From contig FLMG01001546.1 of the NCBI GenBank assembly GCA_900088475.1, forward strand, positions 62,001-126,000: 64,000 bases of DNA, given 5' to 3'. This document shows, piece after piece, positions 39,601-48,428 of the stretch. The notes beneath the pieces were generated by a model. It did no database searches. It saw only the letters and a list, made by a program, of their open reading frames with translations, and was not told where the DNA came from. The stretch is from Hyphochytrium catenoides (taxonomy: Eukaryota; Protista; Hyphochytriomycota). The position numbers were made by a program, and so were the translations under genes. Positions within the stretch are counted from its first letter, which is position 1. Every line of letters begins with the position of its first letter.

Positions 39601-42358
39601 GGCGAAGCCAGGGGGCATTTCCACCTCCAAATAGGCACCGCTTGGAATAGGGTTTCCAAGAGTAAGGTTCAGAATAAGCCTAGGTAAGCCGTTGGTTGTT
39701 GCATCACCCTCAAGTTCCACTGTAACAGGTGCAAGACGCCCAGGAGTGGTGGTCAATCCGTATCTGGAAAGGCCGGAGTCAATAAGCCTTCTTTGGCTGT
39801 CTCGAGTTTGAACATTTATCGTCATTGGGCCTGTCACGTAAGCAGGATTCCTGATACCAGTGACAGACATGGCCACCCTGGAGCCCGATGGTATGGGCAT
39901 TGCTTCTATCTCGGTCAGTAGCAGCACCCGGTTTGTGTCACTCGTTTCGAGGGAGACATTGTAATGGCGTATCTCAGAGAAGATATCCACGATAATCTCT
40001 TCCGGGGGGGTTGAGAGAGTGAGAGCAGGAGGAAGTTCGATTGTGATGACGCCATTGGACGGGATGGAATTGACGGTTGTGAAAGAGACATTTAGAGCCG
40101 TGTGCGCTCCAGCCGCAGACCCTCCCCCAATGTATGCTACTTCAAGCTCCGTTAGCTCGCCAGGAAGTACGTCAATTACCGTCAAACCATCCGCAGCATC
40201 CACCGAGAAGGGCTGGTCTGCTACGTAGAAGCCCGTTGTAACGCGAAAAGTTCCTAAGGGACCGGCCACTGGAGGGAGCCTCGTCGCGCTAATATTCAGC
40301 TGGAGGAATGTGCCGCTTGGAATATTCGAAAAGTAACGACAATGAATAATGTTGTCCATCTTGCTGCACTGGGACGGTATGATGTCTGGCTCCTCCCCGC
40401 TGATCACTTGTGCACTTGTAAGGTTAATAGAAGGTGGGAAATTGACAGTTAAGCTTCCCTCTGACCGCAGAGTGTTAGTAGTCGTTACAGCTATTGTAAA
40501 CCCGGAAGGTAAGCCCGCCCTTACGAATCCATAGTGCTGAACTCTTGCGAAAGCTAGGTTTCCGGGCAGAATATGGACATTAGGAGAGACTGCGCTGAAC
40601 TGGATTACCTTCCCGTTTCCCTCATACTGGGTACTAACAGCCAGAGCACTCAATGCAGTGCTATAACCTGGAAGCTGGATGCCTAAGAGGAGAAGGCTAA
40701 TTTTGGTGCTAGGAGGCAATGGTGCCAGCAGTGAAATCTTCAATTTCCGACCATCAAGGCTGGAGTAGTGGTCGTGCAGAAGTCCTTCAGGTATCGAAGT
40801 TAGAGTGGTTTCCCGTGAAAAGGATAGGTCGCCCGGTGCCTCTATCTGGATAATGCCTTCCATTGGAACTGGGATGGATGTCGTCAAGGTAATGTTAAGA
40901 CTTCCTAGCGACCCTGCACGCAAGGTGCCTAGCGGTCGCACGGTTATCTCAGAGAAAGGTTGGGGGAGTACTGCGGCGGTGTGAACTTCACCGCCATCGA
41001 TGTGTAACAAATCCTCTGTCATTGTGTGAAGACGGAGAGAAAAGTTGCCTGCGTAACCGGGATTTCTGAGGCCCACAATTCTGAGTGACAGTGTGGAATT
41101 AGCTGCTATTGTTCCGGAAGTTGTATAATCAATCAGTATCAACTTGTTTGCAGCATTGTCACTAAGGCTGCGAATATGAAGACTTCCGAGACCTGAGCTC
41201 TGGTCCACGGCTGCACTATCCGCCTCATAAGCAGAAGGAACTATTAACTCCAGAACACCTGTTGCAGGTAGAGCATTGAAACTTTTGAAGGTTACTGAAA
41301 GAGCACTACCACTTGACGGCTCTGTAGATGAGGTAGTGACCTCCAAAAGGCTGAGGTTTCGTGGGATAAACATGGGGTAGTCAGCCTGGAAAAAGGAATC
41401 GAGAGCCGCACCAAGGGCCGTACTGGTGACCAGACCGACATAGCTTAAATTGCCAGACGTTGGAGGATTCCTGACCCCAATTATGCTTAAGACAATAGCT
41501 GTTCCTTTCGACACAGGAGCCATGCAGCGGAACAATATAGCACCATTTGTGATAGCAGGGGGTGATGGGATCACAGCATTTGGGGTGGAGTAGACAGCAG
41601 CATCCGAGAAATTCATACCAGGGAGAAACACCCGAATTTGGCCATTGACAGGAATGGCAGTCTGAGGGGCAAAGGAGACATTAACCGTGCTCATCGCCCC
41701 GGCTTCTATCGATGAGAACGTGAAGAGTGTCTCTTTCAATGCCGGTGGATACAAAACGTACCCCTGCACGGCGGAAGGTCCAGCTAAGGTGATGCCATCA
41801 GCCGACAGAAGTGTCAGGCCAAACCCTCCCGTAGAACCGGCGAAAGATGGGTTCAAGACATCGCGAAATACAATCTCCAGTTCCGAACTTTTCAACAAAC
41901 TTGACCCTGAATGAGAGAGTGCGATAGAAAAGGTATTTGAGCTAGCCTCAGAGGTAAGCGACGCCAATATATTCTTATTGGCATCGGTAACTGTGACTAC
42001 TGTCGCGCTCAAAGCTGTAAACGAGGAGGGGAAGGTGACGTTAATAAGGCCGTTCACCGGCAGATCTGCCTCCAATGTAATCACAGCCACGATGTTAGCA
42101 ATGCTTCCCGTTATCTGGGAGGTTGGAAGCACAAACCCAACATCGTCCGAAGCTGCCATGTCAGTGTGAGCGCTCATAAGTAACGATACGGGAGCAATCA
42201 CACATCCTAAACTTACCCAGCTTTCTGTGAGTACTTCTAAAGTCGTCTTCGAACTGTTGTGCAATAGATAGAGACTGCAGCACCAGGAGAGTGCAAAATG
42301 CTGCAAGGAGCTGATGCCATCGGAACCCCCTCCACAGTAGGGACTTTGGGGCCATCAT
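15619..42358 (-). CDS. Giant single-pass membrane protein: signal peptide, Ig-like and Calx-beta-like repeats, long GCC2_GCC3/ephrin-receptor-like Cys-rich array, TM helix, very long coiled-coil tail
   Basis: Exon 1 (ATG 42358) encodes a signal peptide and splices in frame through intron 42153-42216 to the 1905-aa ORF. Intron 36572-36632 joins the 1630-aa ORF. Cys-repeat exons continue to ~29400, the TM segment GLLSGLFGVIFLVILSLYYIRR lies at ~28470-28545, and E/K/Q-rich exons run to a probable stop at 15619. Not every junction in the tail was verified. Confidence 0.8.
17759..17834. other. Assembly gap (76 N) inside a coding exon
   Basis: Run of n characters. Confidence 0.99.
29400..38630 (-). 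repeat. Coding tandem array of Cys-rich CPxG[Y/T/F]xC units
   Basis: Continuous CPAGxYCPxGS / CPxGTYS / C..C units through both long ORFs and the following exons. Units are diverged at DNA level. Confidence 0.95.
30854..30909. other. Assembly gap (56 N) within the Cys-rich region
   Basis: Run of n characters. Confidence 0.99.
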
Positions 42359-43457
42359 AACTTTACAATTTCATAGCGAAGGCAGCTATATGCAGTTCGA
42401 TGTAATGTTAAATTAATGCAGCCATAAGAGTTTGGGGCTGCCGGTGTTTTCAATAGCTTAGGTCTGGATCATCCATGGCGTGGAGAGGATGGACATGACC
42501 ATTAGCTATTGCTGGATCTTGAGTGCCAGAGCAAGATATATGAACTTCTTAATGCCTGCGCTCTTCCTTGGAGCAGATGGCGATGACATGAGCCCCTGTG
42601 TAGAGGCAAGCATTGCGTCTCTCGGCTGAAGACAGACTCGAGTCTGATGGTTTGTGGCGAAAGAAGAGGATGACCCTTCGTTTCCATCAACAAGTCTGTC
42701 CATCTCGGTTCAAAATAAGTAGTCTCCTGAATCCAAGTACGCAAACTGATGAGACAGGCCCAGTTCGAAAGTACTGTGCAGTCAGAGATTCACCCCCCTC
42801 TTATTAGGGTACTTATTAGGATGCAAGTTGAGAGGTACTTGTACGCACATGTACTTGCTACTTGAAGATCACCCATGCTGTAAGACTGTGATAAGAGATC
42901 GACCAGGAAACCGATACACTAGTCTCTTATCTCTTACAATTCCCCGTACTTCTTGTACTTGTGGTTAGTTCTAGGAGGTCTACTTGGCATCGTCACAAGC
43001 AGCATGGAGTTGGGGATTGGCAGATGCGTTGATGAAAGATCTTCATACAAGTATGAAGCATCAGAAGATCGTGCCGTTCGTGCGATAGCTGGCTGGTGTA
43101 GAACCACCTATCGCCTCTTTTTCCTTTTGAATGGCTCGGTTGACGCTGTTTTTGATCTGTTCAGGAGCCTCATAGCACGTGCAGTGACACTGTCCTAGCC
43201 GAATAGGTACAGTTGTGAAACTCGGAGATAGACACTCCCTACGCAACATACAGGAGTGGTAAGACTCACGCATCAGGTTTTGGTGAAAAGACCTGCTTCT
43301 GGAGCTGTGGACTTTCATCCTGACGCATCATGTCTTGTCTCAAAAATGAGGATGATATTATCGAGGGGTACTAGTAGAAGCAGAGTTTGTGATGCTTCGT
43401 CACTTATGAGTTACGGTCGCAGCAGGAGCAGATAGGGGCTTGTCAGTGAGGAGGCTG

Positions 43458-45405
43458 ATGCAGCAGTGGAAAAGTAAGAACTGCAAAACCAGGGATCTTG
43501 CAACCCTTCACCCATGGGTTCTTCGCCTCGTGCGAGAAGCGCAACGTCAGGCCGCCTTCCGGGGATTCTATGTCTCTATTCAGCAAGCCCGGTCTGGCTG
43601 TCATTATTCCGAGAATTTTGGAAGCCCCAGCGATAGATTTAACGCTTGTTTGCCGTATGGAGGACTTTACTTAGTCTTCCAAATATCCTTTAACCTTGCC
43701 GAGGCCTATCAGCGACTTAACCCTCCTGGTAAGGTAACTTTAGAGCTCACCTCGATGGCTTCCAAAGGTTCTAAGCTAACGGGCTGCTCTCTAACTAGAT
43801 GTTATCCCTTTGGGAATAAAACAAAGGATTGATCTTGACTTTCCAGCTGGTGGGTACGACTGGGGCAATTTGAACGAATATGAGGTCTTTTCCCTGGAGG
43901 ACATGCATTTGATGCAACCGCGTTACTGGAGGCAGCACGGGGACAAGGCGCTATTCATGCTCTTAGAAGGCCTACGTGACAGGTTCACTATAGCTACCTT
44001 AGAGGTAAGAGGCCTCATTGACTCCAATTCTTGGAAAGTATTATAACCAGTGAAGCCAGAGACTAAAGCAGCGTTTGCGCAAAGAGCTCGATAATGTTAG
44101 TCTGGAATATTTGCAGACAGTGCCAGACTTGGAACTTTTCTTGGAAGGCAAGGGACCTGATGGCGAGGTGTGTCTGGATTTGACACCTAACCCTGATATT
44201 GGCTAACCTCAGGCGCACAGGTTAAAATTACCTTCTCCTTATGGAATATTGAGGACAATGTAATTGAGGAAGATCTGCTCAAACGTGGGACTCCTGCAAT
44301 TCCTTACTTGTTGTCATCACCTCACCACACCTCCTTCTTATTAGGATTCGAGACGGACCCTCAGTTTAGTCGGGAAGTAGTCCTCCGCTTGACTAATTCT
44401 ACGAAAGGGTTGGGGCCCGCTCTCCGCGGATCCATTACTGCCCCAGTATCCCTTCATGGAGAGAGAATCTATTTAGCCTTTAGCGTAGCTGAGTGCAGTG
44501 ACCGTGATGCTAAGGGTACTCTGCAGGCGGTAATCCCTGACGCCTTACCGCTAACTAAAGCTGCCACTAAGTACGCATGGTGCATGTTCTTTCTTGTGAC
44601 TCAGTAATCACCCTCTGATCTTTCGTCCTAGGTATCCTCCGAAGGCGAAGAATATATGTCTCAAGGAGTTTATCATGCTCGTAAGGCGGGTACGCGAAGC
44701 GTTGTGCCACAGTGAGACTCTTCTAGCCCCTTCCGAAAGATCCCAATTCCCTCTTTAACAGGCTGTTCTCAACAATTGGCTTCGTCGGCGACTCTTCTTC
44801 ACAGCTCTCTGCAATGAGCTTGCAGGTAACGCCATACCCCTGAAAGAGTAGGGTCGATTTGCTTGCTGACATAGACGTACTACCTTGGTCCCAGTGCTAG
44901 AGTGCGACACCGTGGACTATGGCGAGGTAAGCACCGCTCCAAGCTAGGCATGACTCCAAAATACTGATCCACCGCTAGGCCTTCGCCCTCTTGACCTTCC
45001 ATAATCCTCAGGCTTTATCTCGCCGTAGCTGGATAGTACGAATCGCGGTCTCTGGCATTCTGACTCGCGAGGGGAGCATTACGGCTGAAGTTAAGGTATA
45101 GCAAGCGGGACCTCCCTGCAGCTGCCGCAGCCACGACCCGTAAGCCATTTTTTTCTTGCACAGGAGGTTGGTAGTGAAATGGAGAGCTTTAGCATGCTAG
45201 TGAAAAGTTTCGACCTGGATGTATGGGCCCCTGCTGACCACATGGCGGCGGCAGTCCACCACCAGGTGATGCAATGGCGATGAGGGTATCTAGAGCCTTT
45301 TGGCCTTACATCTTCTCCCCCCCTCCCTCTCCCCAGACTTTGGATGCCTTAAGAGCACACATTGAGGTCTACTTCCGAGGCCTAGACCTAGAGGTGTCGC
45401 GGTGA
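43458..45405 (+). CDS. Divergent BRE/BRCC45 (BABAM2)-like UEV-domain protein, multi-exon
   Basis: SDRFNACLPYGGLYLVFQISFN...PP resembles the recalled BRE segment DRF.L.IPY.G..L.W.I.FN...PP. RRRLFFTALCNELA/VLECDTVDY resembles RR.YI.A......VEYD. GT-AG introns throughout; final exon after a polypyrimidine tract ends at TGA 45405. Confidence 0.55.
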
Positions 45406-45516
45406 TTGAAGGCTTCCATTCGCATCTTCTGCCCATAAGAGGAGAGAGTGTCAACATCTGGCTTCATACATCTGGCTTCATATGGGCGTTAGGCATTCTA
45501 TTGACTCTACCAGCAT

Positions 45517-47064
45517 CTAGGTAAAGAATACAGCCCATTTCAGGGCGGTTGGAGCAGAGGTCGAGGCACAGAGTCTGAGCACATGGTCGCCACCTTTCTT
45601 CGTGCCGTCAGACACCGTATACCATTCCTTCCAGTTCTGCCAGTACCTAGCGCCAGGATGCTTTGCATCCAAGGTCCAGGAGGCCTTGACAGGCATTGCA
45701 TTGAGTGAGACATCAATTTCTGCTGTTGCTGTCAAGACGTAGACCCGGAGGTCAAAGTCAAGCTCAAAGACCAGAGAGTTGTTCAAAGAGCATGAAGGAA
45801 GCGCAAGTGAAAGTTGTCGGTCATTCCGGAGTGGACTCGCCTTGCCCTGCTGCACTATCAGTGCGTCGTCGAAAGAAGCCTTTTGTTGCCTGGGACAGGA
45901 CTGCCCCATGGGTTGAATGCATACCTTTGTTTTCAGCCGTGGCTCTCCGTGGAGGGGAGGCGCTACAAGGAAGGATGCCGCTGTTAGGGTGTTTGCATCC
46001 AGCAAAGGTTGCTGCTGGTTCCAAGGAAAGATGATCGAGGATGGAGATGCCCAGTCAAAGGAATAAATGTTAGACTCTGCCGCCTCAGAGCCCGTTAGCG
46101 CTTTTGCCATCAGTTTCAGGAGTTTGTAACAAATGAGATCAGCAATGATAAGATGGCTCTGCTCATTGGGGTGATGCATATCAGCAAGTACCATATTCTT
46201 GTCGGCCGCCAAAGTTTCGTTCGCAGCGATGTATTGTCCAAGTGAAACCGAGACATATGAGATGTGCTCACGGTATACCAGATTTGCTTTTTCTTGTATT
46301 ACTTCCACTGAACTTGGTGTTGGCCAGCGGTCATAGTATGGAGGATAATCGTAGAGGTTTACGAAGAGTAGGGCTGGTTGACTGGGTAGCTGCTGGGTCT
46401 TCCGGATCCACAGTTCACGGTTGGCCATTAGTTCGGATGCCCGGTCGACCTCAATGCTTCCAAGTGCATCTGGCGCCCGCTCCATATCGTCGTTGAGAGT
46501 GAACTCAGAGGCGAGGATGTCGGGGTCAATCCCAACGAGGGAGTCCAATAGGAGAGCCGACCACAAGGTGTTGGTAGTGCCGTGAGCGCTGTTCTTCAAG
46601 ATGACCCTTGAGTGCACATGGTTTTCGAGAATTGAATTAAGGAAGTGCACAACGCGGTGTGGGTAGGCAGCTATAACACCCCTCTTGAGTCCTCCGCCAG
46701 CAGTCGAGGAGCCACCGGTGACAGCAAATGTGATATTTTCTTGACGCAGAAGCAGCTTCCTGAAGGCTGCTGTAAACCTTCTATGGTCAGGGCTTGTGCC
46801 ACCCATCTCAAGCAACTCCAACCCATGATGATGGCGCAATGTCTGTAGTGCACCTTCAATATCCAACAGGAGCTTACGATTAAGAGACGCAAGGCTTGAG
46901 CTCTGCAGTTGTGGGGTATCTTTAACTCCATCCGCTGCCCTTAAGAGGCCATTAGGAACCAACCGGAATGTCTGTCCTTGCTGATAGGTGACAAAGAGAA
47001 CACACACCAGCAACCCTGCCAAGGCAAGGGCTATTCGAAAGTGATCAGGTGTACATCGAGCCAT
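45517..47064 (-). CDS. SGNH/GDSL-family esterase or acyl-modifying enzyme with N-terminal membrane anchor (type II)
   Basis: 515-aa intronless ORF with hydrophobic anchor IALALAGLLVCVLFV. SGNH blocks: VTGGSSTAG (Ser), NSAHG (Gly), EFTLND (Asn), DMHHPNEQSH (DxxH). Confidence 0.85.
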   Translation of the reverse strand: MARCTPDHFRIALALAGLLVCVLFVTYQQGQTFRLVPNGLLRAADGVKDTPQLQSSSLASLNRKLLLDIEGALQTLRHHHGLELLEMGGTSPDHRRFTAAFRKLLLRQENITFAVTGGSSTAGGGLKRGVIAAYPHRVVHFLNSILENHVHSRVILKNSAHGTTNTLWSALLLDSLVGIDPDILASEFTLNDDMERAPDALGSIEVDRASELMANRELWIRKTQQLPSQPALLFVNLYDYPPYYDRWPTPSSVEVIQEKANLVYREHISYVSVSLGQYIAANETLAADKNMVLADMHHPNEQSHLIIADLICYKLLKLMAKALTGSEAAESNIYSFDWASPSSIIFPWNQQQPLLDANTLTAASFLVAPPLHGEPRLKTKVCIQPMGQSCPRQQKASFDDALIVQQGKASPLRNDRQLSLALPSCSLNNSLVFELDFDLRVYVLTATAEIDVSLNAMPVKASWTLDAKHPGARYWQNWKEWYTVSDGTKKGGDHVLRLCASTSAPTALKWAVFFT

Positions 47065-47659
47065 TATGAGAGAGTTACACTTGATGACGTGAAGCGTTAG
47101 ATATAGATAGGACTCTAGAAACGGCGATAATCGTTGCAGCTGCAGAAGTCCGCAGGATTTGTTAGGTCAATGCATCTCAATACAAAAGGTTGCCCATTAT
47201 AACGTATGGGGGAGCTTTAGATCTCTCTCTGATGGGTTCATTATTCTTATCGGGTGGCTCTTCCGACGCAACAGATTAGACACAGCAATGACCAGCCGAT
47301 TGATCACGGGACTATGACTGCTGGCAATACTTAGTTCTACAGCGCGATCTATGAAGCTGCAGTTCTGGTGGTGGCAAGCTGATGTGCTGAGTATGCTTGA
47401 CTACTTCTGCCCGCTCAGCTTGCTGTCTTCATTTACAAGGGCAATCGGGGGCAAATTCATCTTGAAGGGAATCAGAGGCAAACACCTTGAAGAGGTCATC
47501 ATCTAAAGAGCCGTCTTGGCGCAAGGGAAGACATGCAAGTTTACGTGTGATGGAGTGATGCGGGAGCGAGTGACAAGAGAAATGAGCTGAATGAGAAATG
47601 CCAGTCCAGATATGTCCACCTATCTAAGTATAGATGGCTCAAGGCGAATGTTCACATCA

Positions 47660-47731
47660 GCATTCGTGGTCTAATGGTTAGGATTCTTCCCTTCCAAGGA
47701 AGCGGTCCGGGTTCGATTCCCGGCGAATGCA
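47660..47731 (+). tRNA. tRNA-Gly (anticodon TCC), copy 1
   Basis: Acceptor stem GCATTCG/CGAATGC plus discriminator A; anticodon stem CTTCC/GGAAG with loop CT-TCC-AA; T arm CCGGG-TTCGATT-CCCGG. TTTTT terminator at 47734. Confidence 0.97.
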
Positions 47732-47819
47732 AATTTTTCCAATTTTGTGAGTGGTGGAATTCTGCAAGGTAAGAGAAAGAGATATATATCAGGAATTGGT
47801 CAGAGCTATCATGGAGTGA

Positions 47820-47891
47820 GCATTCGTGGTCTAATGGTTAGGATTCTTCCCTTCCAAGGAAGCGGTCCGGGTTCGATTCCCGGCGAATGCA
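47820..47891 (+). tRNA. tRNA-Gly (anticodon TCC), copy 2
   Basis: Identical 72-nt sequence; TTTTT at 47896. Confidence 0.97.
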
Positions 47892-47996
47892 GATATTTTT
47901 GCAGGTCAATAGTTGGTACTCGTACGAGTAGCTCTCAAGATTCCGTGAGAGATTCAGGGGTTATATTTTGTTGAAAAGATGCTAATTACACGCAAA

Positions 47997-48068
47997 GCAT
48001 TCGTGGTCTAATGGTTAGGATTCTTCCCTTCCAAGGAAGCGGTCCGGGTTCGATTCCCGGCGAATGCA
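47997..48068 (+). tRNA. tRNA-Gly (anticodon TCC), copy 3
   Basis: Identical 72-nt sequence; TTTTT at 48074. Confidence 0.97.
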
Positions 48069-48428
48069 ATTACTTTTTGCTGCAAGAGGGGGTGGCAATC
48101 TAGGAAGTTTCCAGCTTTACGTACAGTGGAGTGGAGTATTGTACGAAGTAGTAGTTGTACTTTAGGGGTGCTTTTCCTTCCCGCCAAATTTCAGATCACT
48201 AGCGCGCCAACATATGTAGGACCTCGCCAACCTCTCCAACCAAAGCCTTTGGAGTACGCTACCAACAGTACAGATCTCCATGTGCTGAAGACCGCTTCCT
48301 CCCAGGAAGTCTGTTGATGATATGTCCTTGACGGTCTCAGCCATTTTCTTTTCTTCCCAATCCATGCCCTTTGACGGCATGGGAGCTCAACCTTGACACT
48401 CCTCATTGGTTAGCTGACGAACCGAGAC

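Noticed and set aside
15675-42169. Dozens of plus-strand ORFs overlapping the giant gene
   Set aside because: Antisense shadows of biased coding sequence (Ser/Leu/Phe-rich opposite Glu/Lys codons; Gly/Gln-rich opposite Cys/Pro codons) with no independent motifs.
42480-43330. Short ORFs, splice-like signals and a small hairpin (cttcatac-aa-gtatgaag, 43041-43058) between the giant gene and the BRE-like gene
   Set aside because: No coherent spliced frame or recognisable motif could be built. A small gene or lncRNA cannot be excluded.
47747-47974. 75-aa ORF across tRNA copy 2
   Set aside because: Chance frame through a tRNA gene.
47660-48068. Identical repeats with unique spacers resembling a CRISPR array
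   Set aside because: The repeats are 72-nt cloverleaf tRNAs with Pol III terminators; eukaryotic context and no cas genes.
29400-48068. Link between the Gly-rich Cys array and the neighbouring tRNA-Gly cluster
   Set aside because: tRNAs act in trans, so proximity has no mechanism or support.
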